A stretch of 64,000 nt of DNA from positions 1,364,001-1,428,000 of the forward strand of contig MU057711.1 of assembly GCA_013265495.1 (NCBI GenBank), in the 5' to 3' direction. The stretch is from Vicugna vicugna. Lineage: Eukaryota. Below are positions 1 through 12,390 of the stretch, piece by piece (position 1 is the first letter of the stretch; each line of letters begins with the position of its first letter). The notes below the pieces were generated by a model that worked only from the letters and a program-made list of their open reading frames with translations, was not told the DNA's origin and did no database searches. A program made the position numbers and the translations under genes.

Positions 1-299
1 TGGTTTTCTTGAATTGAATGGGCTTTTATTTGCCGAGTCCTCCTTCTGCCCAGGCTCCCGGCCCTTCTTCACCCATCTGAATGGCCTTTGCCAATGGAGG
101 AAGCCTTTCTAAACAGTCGTGAAACTTGATTTCAGCCCAGAAATGAGCCCTGTGTGGAGATGGTGGTCTTTTTGAACTGCTCCTACAGGACACATCCTCG
201 ATTTCCGTATTCTGGACTTTGCTGCAATATCACTTGCCCTGAATTAAGTTAAAGAATCTGAGTCTCAGAAGGGCCAGAGAGGTCACCTAGTAGCTAAAT

Positions 300-385
300 T
301 CTAGTCTAGCCTTGCATTTTACAGGTGGGAAAACTGAGGCCCTGAGAAAAGATGTGGCTTGTCCAAAGTCACACCTCTAACGGGT
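300..385 (-). mobile_element. MIR SINE fragment
   Basis: MIR core-like CATTTTACAGGTGGGAAAACTGAGGCCCTGAGA...CTTGTCCAAAGTCACAC; boundaries approximate. Confidence 0.7.
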
Positions 386-782
386 GGCCGAGAAAGGTCT
401 TGCCCTGCTCTTTTTCTCCCCAACTCCAATGGCTCCCAGGCTGTGACCTGTTCTATTGATGATGCTCAGAGAGGTTTCAGATGGCCTGTGGCATCAAATG
501 GCATTAAATTATGTTGATTTATCTAGAGAGAAAACTGTTCCCTTTCCCACTTTACTTTTACTCTTGATGACAGCAGGGAGAAGGCTTAGTTTGGTGGCCG
601 CATGCCTTTGTATTTCTTTAAGGGTATTTCTCTCTTCTTGGTCACAAACAGAGCAGACCTCTGGTTGAGACTAGGCACCAATATCTGGTTTGTATTTAAT
701 AACATTTGTTATTTGTTTTCATCGTATTTATTTTTAATGTTACCACCTAATATTATTCATTTTCCACTTAGAGTTTTTTTAA

Positions 783-835
783 TGATTGTTTTTAAATAAC
801 TGTATTTTTGATTGTTTTTAAATAACTGTATTTTT
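783..835. repeat. 26-bp tandem duplication
   Basis: TGATTGTTTTTAAATAACTGTATTTT starts at 783 and again at 809. Confidence 0.9.
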
Positions 836-1859
836 CATAAATTAAAAAAAAGTATTTAAGTTTCTTAAAGTGAGTGCATTTAAAGCATTAAGTAATTAAC
901 CGTACAGGTGGTCTGTGGGTGTGAAAAATCTCCTGGAGGTGGCCACGTGGATGGCTGAAGTTTGGAAACTAACTACTGTCTTGCCCCTGGTATTTCCTAT
1001 AAATGGCTTCAGAGCTGAAGTCTATTGGAAAGAATTTCCAGAAAAAAGGTGTGGAACTTGAACTCATTTCTCTTGCCTGCATAGCTCTCATTCTTTTTGA
1101 AGCATTCTATCAGACTTTTTTTTCTTTTCTTATTTCTGACATTTTGCTCTGCTAGAAGCAGGTCCTTGCCCATTATAGGTGCAAGGAAAAGGAGGCCTGT
1201 TGGTCACTGCCCTGGACTGGGGGCCCTGGCTCAGCTCCTCCCTGGCTGTGCACACAAGTCCTTGCCTGCCTGTAGCTGACTCTGTCTTCAACTGCATGTG
1301 AGAAAGCTCAGACTGAATGACTCTAGAGCACCCTTTTACATCTTTTGTTTGTTTGTTAACGTTGAGGTTGTCATGGGGGTTCCAGAGCCAGTCGGGAAGC
1401 ATTCAAATCTTCTTTCTATTCCTTCTTAGCTGTGTTCCCTTGGGAAAGTTGCCTAGCTTCTCTGGGCCTTGGTGTCTGCATCTCTAAACAAAGGATGGAG
1501 AGGTAGTGCCAAGACCAGGGAATGCCACTTGCATGTCAGACTCAGCCAGGAGATTCAAGTGTCCTGAGGGCACCGATGAGCTAATTGGGCAGGTGGGAGA
1601 GAATTCAAGGCAGCTGGCTGGTTATTCACACACCGGCTTCTCTTGCAGCAGCCACCAGTAACTTCCCTGAAGATACGGTGCCCACAGCACATCCTAGCAC
1701 CCTGCAAAGTACCCAGTGAGTACTGGTTGAACAAATTAACTGACTTGGGTGAGTTCAGATTGGACTGGATTAGACCGAGGGATTCAAACCATCCATTCAT
1801 TCATAGTAAATTCCTTTTCAGCATCTGTGACATGACAGATGGCCTGGTTTCCTGAGTAA

Positions 1860-2075
1860 GAGGGCTGGTTCTGACGCCAGCCAGACCTGGACAGGCTTGT
1901 GGATCCACTACTTCCTGTGTGATCTCAAGTAAGTTACTGAATGTCTCTGATTGTGTTTGCTCGTCTATAAAAACAGGTTGAATAATAGTACTCACCTCAT
2001 AGAGGGGTTGTGAGAAAAGGAGGAGATAAAGCATGGAAAATTCCCTAGAAAAGTAGGCACACAGAGGGCATAATC
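1860..2075 (+). mobile_element. MIR SINE
   Basis: CTGTGTGATCTCAAGTAAGTTACTGAATGTCTCTGA...TCTATAAAAACAGGTTGAATAATAGTACTCACCTCATAGAGGGGTTGTGAG matches the MIR core. Confidence 0.75.
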
Positions 2076-2482
2076 AACATGATACAGTCTAGCCATCGCG
2101 ACTGTGGGCTGGGCCTGGGGATGGAGCAAAGAGCGAAGCAGGCACAGCCCTGCCCTCGTGGCCCTCACAGTCCAGCAGGGGAAATGGACAGAAAATAAGT
2201 GGACAAAAATATGCAGTTAGAAATGGTGGCAGTGTTCTGAGAGAGAATGATGCTGGAGTTCTACTTTTCAGCTTTGACATCAGGTCAAACCTGCCTGGGA
2301 CAAGAATAATTGAGACCTGCAGGATGAGAGTGAACGAGAGAAGCCTTTTCCATCTGGCAATGCTCAGCTTCGTAATTCTTCCATTTTGCTTAAGTCGGGA
2401 AGCAGATCCCGTGGAAAGAGATGGAGACACATGAAAAGTGCTAGTCCCCCTGGGGAGGCTGAGTTTCTGAGGGCTCCACAGA

Positions 2483-2500
2483 GGGCGGGGCGGGGCCGGG
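2483..2500 (+). promoter_or_regulatory. Overlapping GC boxes (Sp/KLF) / G-quadruplex motif
   Basis: GGGCGGGGCGGGGCCGGG: four G-runs with 1-2 nt loops, includes GGGGCGGGGC; function unproven. Confidence 0.35.
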
Positions 2501-3319
2501 ACAGGCCAACTGACCTGCCCAGAGAGTCAGGCAGGCTGAGCCCCACTGGCACCTGGCCTGGGCCGTGGCGGAGGGTGGGGGGCCAGGGAGCAGATTGCTG
2601 GCTTGAATTTACATCTCTTTGTGTCAACCTGTGAGCAAGTCTCTGGTTTAAAACATGCTTTGTTACAGGCAGGTGACTCTATGCCACTTCAATCGTAACA
2701 GCTGTGTGGCAGCTCCTGTGGCCCCTGGGGTCTCCAGTTTGGGTCTGAGCGCTGCCCTGAGAGCCTTCTGGGTTGAAGTCTGCCTAAGACATGCCTGCAT
2801 TGTGTGTTAGGTAACTGGCAAGAACAGCTGACACTGGCCCAGCACTTAGGGTTCATCCGGAACGTGCGTCTCCTTGGCCAGCTCTCACCATGCTAAACAC
2901 AGCGATGACCTCATATTAAATGTGCAGCGCCCGGGACACAGGAAGGTTGAGTAACCTGCCCAAGGCCCCCCAGGCTGTCAGTGGCAGTCAGGAAACAAAC
3001 CCGTGCAGGCGGGCCTCCAAGCCCAGGCGTGTCCCAGCCCGGCTGTGCTGGCCCTGTGTTCAGTGCAATCTCACCCCTCAACCCCACTACCCAACCTGCG
3101 TGTTAGGAACGGCTCTAACGGCAGCCTCTCATTTCAGGTGAAACTTACCACACGTGTAGAGCATCCAGTAAAATGCTCTTTAAGGGCTAGTCTGGGCTGA
3201 TGGCTCACCTGCTCTGAAAGAATTGAGAGAGTGGCAAGATTTCAGGCAGCCTGACCTCCTCATCTCTTAGAGAAGAGTTGTGGGCGGGCCCCACCTCTCT
3301 GCACTCATAGCAGATGGAC

Positions 3320-3470
3320 CCTTGCTGCTCAGAGGGTGGCCCCAGGACCAGCAGCACGGACCTCTCCTGGAACTTGTTGGAAATGCAGATTTCCAGACCT
3401 GATGAATGAGAATCTGCTGTGAACAAGGTCCCCTGGGGATTCTTTGCACCTTAAAGTTTGGGATGCTCTG
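3320..3470. mobile_element. MER5A-like hAT-Charlie MITE
   Basis: GGACCAGCAGCAC...GGAACTTGTTGGAAATGCAGATT...GAATCTGC...TAAAGTTTGGGATGCTCTG. Confidence 0.7.
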
Positions 3471-4483
3471 GTGTACTTTATTCAGTTACTATGAGCCCTA
3501 ATTCTTGTTTATAGATGGGCTAAGAGATGAAGCACTGTGGCCTCCTGGGGCCACTTGGGAAGGACTAAAGTTGGGGCCAGAGTTGTACCTGCTAGGAGCT
3601 CTGAGGATGCTGCCAGTGACTTCCAAACAGTCTGGGGCAGGATAAGGCAACAGAGGGAGTATCTAGAGGAAGTGATGTCAGGTGAGGCAGGTGAGGGGGT
3701 GGGGACTGGGGTTCCATAGGCAGAGGGGAGCTGGCTTAGAAGCTGTTAGAGGCAGATGGGCATGGGTTCAGATCAGTGTTCCACCCTCATTGCTGTAAAA
3801 AAAAGAGTTGAATATCTGTGTAGTGTCTGATCATATATTTAACTTTCAATACATTATCATTGAAATTTGTTAGGAATTCAGCTTTGTCTGTGGGTGGACC
3901 CCAATACTGTACTTGGCCACCCACTCAGCCAGGCTGGCTAGTGCCCACTGGAACCATCCTATGTGGACCCTGCCCGGTGGACCCCATCCAGGGGAAGGGG
4001 AGGTGCAGCTGCCCATGACCCCCTCTCCCAGACACTCAGCCTAGGGCATGGGCTTCTCTCTGGCTGCTCCTAATTTCATCAGTTTTGATGGCAGTGATGC
4101 TAATGCGATTAAGAACACGTGCCTGTTTCCACAACCTTGTCAACTGTTAAATCGTTCAGAACCGTGGGCCAGGTATGTAGAGATTTATTCTCCTCCTCTG
4201 GCACTTTCTCTGGAAATGCTGTGGGGCACATTGGGAGCCTTCCTAGAGGTGGTGTGGAGGGGAGATGACTAGTCTTCCACTTGACGACTTGTCTCAAATA
4301 GGGAAGCTGGGCCAGCTGACCAGAGGCAGAGGGAGAGAGCTTGGGAGCCACCTCTAAGGTCTAAAAGGAGCTCTCCGGCATGCCACTCAAGACATTGCTG
4401 GGGGTGCCATGCTGGTGCCTTTGCCACTGGGCAGGTTTCAATAAACATTTTTATTAAGATTCTAATTTTCAGCATTTTATTTT

Positions 4484-4843
4484 ACTATCTTTAATTTTTA
4501 TAGTAGTGTGTATATGTTAATCCCAAACTCCCAATTTATCCCTTCCCTGTACCCATTTTACATGTTTCTATGTCTGTGAATCTATTTTTGTTTTGTAAAT
4601 ATGTTCATTTGTATCCTCTTTTAGATTCCACATATAAGTGACATCATATGATATTTATTTTTGTCTGACTTACTTCTCTTAGTATTATAATCTCCAGGTC
4701 CATCCATGTTGCTGCAAATGGCATTATTTCATTTTTCATGGCTGAGTAGTATTCCACTGTATATATACACCACATCTTCTTTATCCAGTCATCTGTCCAT
4801 GAACATTTAGGCTGCTTCCATGTCTTGGCTATTGTAAATAGTG
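4484..4843 (-). mobile_element. L1 fragment (ORF2 end and part of 3' UTR) with 19-bp TSD
   Basis: Homologous to the L1 3' ends at 12391 and 17079; ATTTTCAGCATTTTATTTT at 4465-4483 and 4844-4862. Confidence 0.85.
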
Positions 4844-6627
4844 ATTTTCAGCATTTTATTTTTCCTACCTCTTTCTAGCACAACCCCAACTCTAGCCATC
4901 AGAAACTTTGTTAACTGCTGAGTGTTTCTACATTTCTGATTACTGGACAAGGACCAGAACAAACCAACCCAGATATGCATTTCTGTCTGGTTGGATTTTC
5001 CAAGACCAGTTCTTTCTCCCAGGATGGCCAAGCGTGAGAACACCCTATACTCAAGGACAGCAAGTAAACCCAACCTTTTAGATGTTTCTAGCACATCTAG
5101 ACCAGCTTGAGGACACACACACTAGTTTCACATGGCTCATTCAAATGTTTGTCAACATAAGATAATTTATTCAACAAATAGTTCTTGAACACCTAAAACG
5201 TGTCAAGGACTTTTCCAACTACTAAAGTGGTGAAGAGTCTAGTGGAGTGTATGGGCCACAAATTTTTTAAATGAATTGATATGATTATTTCTGAAAGTAA
5301 ACCAGTGTTATGAAGAAATGAAACAAGACCAAGTATGTGAAAGCTTCTACTGCACAGTTTGGCTGACAGTGCCCAACTTGGGCTGAATGAAATCAAACTT
5401 CTCGATTCAAAATGGGCATTGCCACAGCACATGGAAAAGAGAGTGGGATTCAGAGTGAGCTGGTTTGAATTGGACTCTAGCTCTCACTTAGCACCTATGT
5501 GTCCTTGGGTGAGTTGCTTGACTTCTCTGTACCAGACTCCAAGGCTGGGACTGGGGTGTAGCAAGAGAGACCCTTAAGGAGCAAATCCCTGTACCCATTT
5601 TACATGTTTCTATGTCTGTGAATCTATTTTTGTTTTGTAAATATGTTCATTTGTATCCTCTTTTAGATTCCACATATAAGTGACATCATATGATATTTAT
5701 TTTTGTCTGACTTACTTCTCTTAGTATTATAATCTCCAGGTCCATCCATGTTGCTGCAAATGGCATTATTTCATTTTTCATGGCTGAGTAGTATTCCACT
5801 GTATATATACACCACATCTTCTTTATCCAGTCATCTGTCCATGAACATTTAGGCTGCTTCCATGTCTTGGCTATTGTAAATAGTGATTTTCAGCATTTTA
5901 TTTTTCCTACCTCTTTCTAGCACAACCCCAACTCTAGCCATCAGAAACTTTGTTAACTGCTGAGTGTTTCTACATTTCTGATTACTGGACAAGGACCAGA
6001 ACAAACCAACCCAGATATGCATTTCTGTCTGGTTGGATTTTCCAAGACCAGTTCTTTCTCCCAGGATGGCCAAGCGTGAGAACACCCTATACTCAAGGAC
6101 AGCAAGTAAACCCAACCTTTTAGATGTTTCTAGCACATCTAGACCAGCTTGAGGACACACACACTAGTTTCACATGGCTCATTCAAATGTTTGTCAACAT
6201 AAGATAATTTATTCAACAAATAGTTCTTGAACACCTAAAACGTGTCAAGGACTTTTCCAACTACTAAAGTGGTGAAGAGTCTAGTGGAGTGTATGGGCCA
6301 CAAATTTTTTAAATGAATTGATATGATTATTTCTGAAAGTAAACCAGTGTTATGAAGAAATGAAACAAGACCAAGTATGTGAAAGCTTCTACTGCACAGT
6401 TTGGCTGACAGTGCCCAACTTGGGCTGAATGAAATCAAACTTCTCGATTCAAAATGGGCATTGCCACAGCACATGGAAAAGAGAGTGGGATTCAGAGTGA
6501 GCTGGTTTGAATTGGACTCTAGCTCTCACTTAGCACCTATGTGTCCTTGGGTGAGTTGCTTGACTTCTCTGTACCAGACTCCAAGGCTGGGACTGGGGTG
6601 TAGCAAGAGAGACCCTTAAGGAGCAAA
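4544..6627. repeat. 1,042-bp direct tandem duplication (4544-5585 and 5586-6627)
   Basis: Identical ORF translations offset by 1042 (4807/5849, 5193/6235, 5359/6401); both copies start TCCCTGTACCCATTTT and end GGAGCAAA. Confidence 0.97.
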
Positions 6628-6755
6628 GTTTAAGGAGGAAAATGCTATCAGGGTCTTACAAGCGTAGACTTGTCAGTTACACAACCCTGAGAGCAGTGCA
6701 TCCTTAAACTTTGCACCCCAGAAGCCTCTCTCGCCCCACCCCTGTCCTGGCACTG
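6582..6755. mobile_element. MER96-like palindromic hAT MITE inserted in a MIR
   Basis: Inverted arms GCAAAGTTTAAGGA (6623-6636) / TCCTTAAACTTTGC (6701-6714) and TGCTATCAGGGT / ACCCTGAGAGCA; MIR-like sequence on both sides. Confidence 0.7.
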
Positions 6756-8779
6756 TCCCCATATTTAAAATGAGGGAAATAATTGCAACAACCTCCTAGT
6801 GTTGCTGCAAGGTAAGAATCAGCTAAGAAGTGAAAGGGGAAATGGGAGTCTGTCTTGCAAACAAGCAGCTCTTGGTGAATCTGAGGAGAAGCAAGTTGCC
6901 GGGATCAGGCCATATCAAAGTAGCAGGTGGGATTCAAACCCAGCCATCTTGTCCCATTTCCCAGTGCTGGGACCTAAGAGAAAGTGGGAAAACTCCCACC
7001 TTCTGTATATTCTCATTAACACCAAAACGTGCGTTCACTGTTGGGCTACCCAGGTGCTGGGTAAGTTTTGCCATGACGGCCACAGCAAAGCCCGGTGAGC
7101 ATCTCTGGAGGAGAGATGTAGCCAAGACTGAAGGGAAGGCAGGCTCACCACCTCACATTAGAGCCAGGTTTTCAGCCTTCCTCTGAGCAGGGCAGGTAAA
7201 CCACAGAGGGTCGGCCTCCAGAGAGCCCGCCCCATCCCTCCCCAGCCTGGGCAATGGAATTCCCCACGAAGCCACCCTGCCATGTATGATCCAGCGTGGG
7301 GTTCCTAATGAAAAATGGCTGGGCTATTAGCGCTTTGCAAATTAAGGGTCCTTTCATTTATTACTATGCTCTGCTAAGGATGAGCATTAATTTTTTTCTC
7401 AAAGCAAATTCACTGGAAACAGACAGTTTAGAATTTATGCTTGTAATGATGGCTACATGGGCCATTAAGACCACCTCTAAGTGAGCTTAATTTGTAGCAG
7501 ATAAATGTATATGTCTACATATTTTTCAACATAGTTTATGGTGCATCTTGCACAGCTGCGCCCAACTGATTAAATCCTCACAAAATTTAAATAGGAAACC
7601 CATTACGTAGACAGTATTATAGCCATTCATCACGGCGGCAGCTTTGGATTAACTCTTCCAGTGCCAAGCTGGGAGAAGCACCAGGAATCTGGGGGTTTTT
7701 TGGTTGAGAAACAAGGACTTCCTGTCCCCCTGCTCCCTCACCTTTTTGTTGCTTCCACCTTCCTGATGTCTAGGGAGGTTTGTTTCCTCCTCGGTGGACT
7801 TGGGGTGATGTTTTTAGTATGGAAGAGACCCCAGGCTCATCTAGGCGGCTGGACCTTTGCTATCTGGTTGTGGTCATCTTCACGGCTCCATAGGCAGACA
7901 ACATGGTGATCACATGGCCCTGAGCGGAGCATCCAAACCACAGCCCCACCTTGGTCATCCCTGCCAGCCACTGAAGCTGTTTCAATCTTAGCGGGCCATA
8001 CGAAGCAGCAACAGGGAGCAGTGGTACATTACTGACCAGAGCATGAGTTCTGGTCTCAGGTGGACACAGGGTTAAGTCCCAGTTCTGCTGCTGCTGGCAG
8101 CCTGCAACCCTGGACATGTTATCAGAAAGCTAAGTCATGCCAAGTGCTTAGCACAGTGCCCGGGACATCATCAATGTTCAATGAATAGAACCTTGTCATT
8201 ACCATTGTTACTGTTTGTAGCGGACACTGTTCCTGCCCTAGTGGCAGCCCCTTGGTACCCACTGTTCCAATGCCCACCACCTGCAGACACCTGAAGGTTT
8301 TTGCTTAAAGAAATTTACACAAGAAGTAAATGATTAGGGTTGGTAGGACCGCTAGCTTCTCTAAATTCAGGCTCTTCCTATGACTGCATTTTCAAATGTT
8401 TTGTTTTGAAAGAGGTCATATTAGCAAAATCCTTTTAATAAAATAAATATATGCCTAAACATTTTCCTTAGGGTCCTTTAGGTTCTTGTTCTAAATGTAT
8501 TCTCAGGATAGGGGTTGGCAGGGGATGGTTTAAAAGAATGAGCACCTGATCAACATTTAATAAATGTACCAATAGTTCTTGAGCCCTTATGAGTTACTTC
8601 AACCTGAGTTCAGGTATGTCTCTGACACTGCCTGTGTGCTCTTGGACAAGCTTCTGAATGTCTCTGAACTTCAATTTCCTTCTCTGTAAAATGGAAAGAA
8701 TTATATACCTACCCAATATGAATATGGTGATGTTGAAATGACCCGTGTGAAACCTACGGAGCTTGGCAGTGGAGATAGA

Positions 8780-9490
8780 AAGATGCAAGGACTTTGAGGT
8801 CACTTTGTTCCCAGTTTGAAATAGACAATAAGCTTGAATACAGGCAAACTTAAATACAGTAAGATGCATTCAACAACTGAAATACATCCCCATTGTTACA
8901 AGAGAGTGTATCCACTCTGTTTCTGTGAGAGGCTGGAGAAGGCTTCACACAGATAGTAATGTCAGAGCTGAGCTTCACAGATGGGGAAGAAATGAAATTT
9001 CCAGGCCAACAACAAAAGGAGAGCATTCCAGGTTTGGAAGCAACAGGTGCCTAGCTGGGCAGAACCAGAAGTCTCTGAAGGCCTTTGGTCTTGCTAAAGC
9101 ACTGACCATCTTACAGAAAGGAGGGAGCATGGAGGTGGGGGGCAGGGGGGCAGGTAGGCAGTCTTGGGATCTTGAAGCTCCCTCCTTGCTATTATCTGAA
9201 GCTGAGATTTAATCCTGAAGTTAACAGGGAGCCTTTGGAAAGTTTTAACCAGGAGGGTGATGGGACTGAATTTGCATTTTAGAAAGATCTCCTTTGCAGC
9301 CACATGGAGAATAGCTTGAAAGGGAGTAAGAATGGTGGCAGGGGGAGCAGTTAGGAGACAATGGCAGGTGTCTCATTAGCACCGCAAACAAGGGTCTAGG
9401 ACAGTGGGAACAGGAGTGGAGAGACCCTTCCGAAGCAGAATCATCAGATTTGGTGATTGATTAAAGGCGGGGTGTGAGTGAGGAGGCAAA
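8780..9490 (-). mobile_element. L2 LINE fragment
   Basis: GAGCATTCCAGG...GGGAGCCTTTGGAAAGTTTTAACCAGGAGGGTGATGGGACTGAATTTGCATTTTAGAAAGATCTC, typical L2 sequence; strand and boundaries approximate. Confidence 0.65.
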
Positions 9491-10229
9491 GAGGATGCTG
9501 AGTCGAGAGCTTGGCGCCAAGGCAAGAGGGGGACCGGCTTTGTGAGGGGAGGGCAAGGAAACAGGGCCAGTGGGGGGTACGCTGTGTTTTAGGTGACTTC
9601 GGGGTAAATTTGAATTTCTATGTATTGATCTCACTTCTAGCAAAGATCTCGTGGCCTGAAACAATCGCTCCCAGGAGAAGAGAAATTGATGGATGGGTAA
9701 TTTGCTCTAAAACCCCAGCCGATGATTGTTGGCACCCAGCAAATCTCCTTCCTGTAAACTGCTTTTCAATATGGTGAGGGCTCTGACTGGCTGTTTATTA
9801 ACTCCAGGTCACAAGTACGCAGCATGCTTCCAAATGTGACCAATTAAGGACACAGCTGAGATGTGGGCCTGTCTCTCTGTGTGTGTTTGAAAGGAATCAA
9901 GTGAAATGTTCTAAGTGTTCAATTTCACCTGTCAGAGTTACCGGCTGTCATTGATGGGCACCCAGGTCTCAGAATCTGTAGTTTATTAGCACATCACTCC
10001 TCTTCTAAAGAATTATGTGATCTCTTCCTGGACACCACTTGCAAACACCTGAAGGGAAACAAGGGGAAACTTTACTTTTCCTCTCTGATGTTCTAAAACA
10101 CTTTTTTTCTGTCTTGAATAAATGGGCACAGGGAGCAGACTCAAGGGGAGGGACACCAACACTTAGGTGCCCTACGAGTGCCAGGCATCATGCAAATAAC
10201 TTTGTTACAGTTAGGAACAGTGAGAGCAG

Positions 10230-10465
10230 TAGTAGCACCACCATTCAGTGCTTACTCTTGGTCAGCACTGGGCCAAGTCTCTGGGTGCATCATCTCAGTT
10301 AACACTATCAACAGCTCTTCCATGCAGATCCTATGATTATCCCCATTTTACAGATGAAGAAACAGAGGTAGGAGTGATTCACTAACAAATTCAGCAAGTG
10401 ACAGAGCTGGGATTCGAACCCAGGACCTATTGACACTGAAGCAGTATCTTGGCAGCTACACCATG
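10230..10465 (-). mobile_element. MIR SINE
   Basis: ATTATCCCCATTTTACAGATGAAGAAACAGAGG...AGAGCTGGGATTCGAACCCAGG. Confidence 0.85.
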
Positions 10466-11009
10466 ACCATGGCTCTCTAGAAACCCTTTGGCTGCCTGAG
10501 TCCCAGGGACTGCCATCACTGCACCCCCCTTATTGCCCTCACCAGGCACTGACTGAGCAGCTGGAGCGCAGGGCCTCCCACACTGCAGCAGACTGCACAG
10601 AGTGGGTACTTATTAAATGTCTGTTGCACTAAAATGATCCAGTCTCTCTCTGCCTCTCTGCACTTGCCGGTCTCTTTGTCCTGCCGAGAAGGCTACACTT
10701 TCACTATTGTTTATCTTTCCCTTTTGTTCAAGCTTAGCCCACTTTCACCTCCTCCAGGAAGTGCCCCTGATTAATTTCTTTGCCTAGTCCCCCCAGGCAT
10801 CCCAGCCCAGACTGATCCGACTGCCTCTCCCATCTATACTGGTCTAACTTGCTTCTTCAGTGTTGTCTGTGTGTGTCCGTCTGTCTGTCCTTGAGGAGAT
10901 GCCCTTCTCTTCAGCCCAGGGTTCACTTATAATATTTAGTCCAGTGGATTAAAGTCATCACTGTGACAGACAACCTGGCCATCCCACTATCTGGCTATTT
11001 GATCTCAGT

Positions 11010-11215
11010 CAGAATCTGTTTTTTGCCACGTTACTGACTGTGTCATCTTGGGCAAGGTAAATCAACTCTTTGTCATCAATTTTCTCATCTGCAGAGTGGG
11101 AGTAATAGTATCACCCAACTCAGAGGGATTATTTTGAAACCTAAATGAGATAATGCGTGGACAGCTCTTAGCATATCACATGGCATTAAGTAGGCGCTGA
11201 ATAAATGCTGGTTAT
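11010..11215 (+). mobile_element. MIR SINE
   Basis: TTACTGACTGTGTCATCTTGGGCAAG...TTTTCTCATCTGCAGAGTGGGAGTAATAGTA...GCGCTGAATAAATGCTGGTTAT. Confidence 0.8.
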
Positions 11216-11469
11216 CCTCACCATGGGGTCAACAAGGAGGATTAGAGCAACTACAGGTTGACAGCAACCACCCCTCACATATGCACCATACTGGGCAGTT
11301 TTGGAAGAGTTTCTCTGTCTCTTTTGATCCAAGTGACCATTGCCCATTCATTGTCTCTTTTGATCCATATGATCACATTGAAGGACAGATAGCAAGAAAG
11401 GGAGAGATGGACAGGGAGAGACAGGAGAATTCATCACCACCTTGTGCGGCTGTTAGTGCCGGAAGGAAG

Positions 11470-11642
11470 CTCAGGGCTATCCTGGGGTTTATGGGTGGGC
11501 TTTAGATTCATGAACCCCTCAAATTAAATGTGCATTATTTATGCATGAATGTTTCCGTGTATTCTTCTGGGGGAAAGGATCCCATTGCTTCGTTAGATTC
11601 TCAAAGGGGCTCCTGGCTCCCCTAAAGGCTTAGAACCATTGG
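11470..11642. mobile_element. hAT-Charlie-type DNA transposon remnant
   Basis: Terminal AGATTCTCAAAGGGGCTCCTGGCTCCCCTAAAGGCTTAGAACCATTG resembles Charlie-type ends. Confidence 0.5.
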
Positions 11643-12100
11643 TCTAATCCACCTGTTCATATTTGATACATGAAGACACCAGGTCCCAGAGAGGGGGAGG
11701 GACATGCCTACCGCTCACGAGTTAGGCAGAGTGGGGACCCGCTGTCTCACTCCCTCTACCTCCATCTACCTTCCAGACTCAGCCCTGCCTCGGCGCTGTC
11801 AGGAGAGGACGGCCAGTGGTCTTAGTGAGGAAAGCTTGGCTGAGGATGCCACTGCAGCAGGAGATGAGAACTTCAGGGTAGGGGACCTGGAGCTCATGAA
11901 AGCCTGCTTGTTGTGTGAGGTGAACACTAATTGCCCTGCTTGGGGGGTGGTCATTGACTGATCATTGGGGTCATATTGATGAGCTCACTGTGAAAACTCT
12001 GGATCTGATAACTTTGGGGAAACAGGGCAAGAGGTTCTTGGGCTGGTGCAGGGCCTGCTGGCCAAGCAAAGGCCAGCTCACAGCTTTCATGTGTCATTTA

Positions 12101-12102
<2 letters not shown>

Positions 12103-12146
<44 letters not shown>
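12103..12146. repeat. (TG)22 microsatellite
   Basis: Uninterrupted TG run. Confidence 0.97.
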
Positions 12147-12147
<1 letters not shown>

Positions 12148-12390
12148 ATTTGGGGATGGGTAATGAGGAGCATGCATTAAAGACCACACATACACACTTA
12201 CACTGGGATTTGGATGTTAAGGAATTAAGCCTCTTTCCAAGAAGTGCCTCCCACCTGCCTCCCACCTGAAAAGAGTTGAGTGTAAGAAAAACAGGTTTTG
12301 GCTCCTGACAGAAAAGAGCTTTTAGGAGGCCCTTGGAGGGGTTTCAAACCCCATAAGCATTATGATGATGGCCATATCATAAAAATAACC

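Noticed and set aside
11316..11380. Short direct repeats resembling CRISPR repeat-spacer units (also 783-835, 13647-13671, 60273-60305)
   Set aside because: Only two units each, in mammalian DNA with no cas genes; ordinary slippage duplications.
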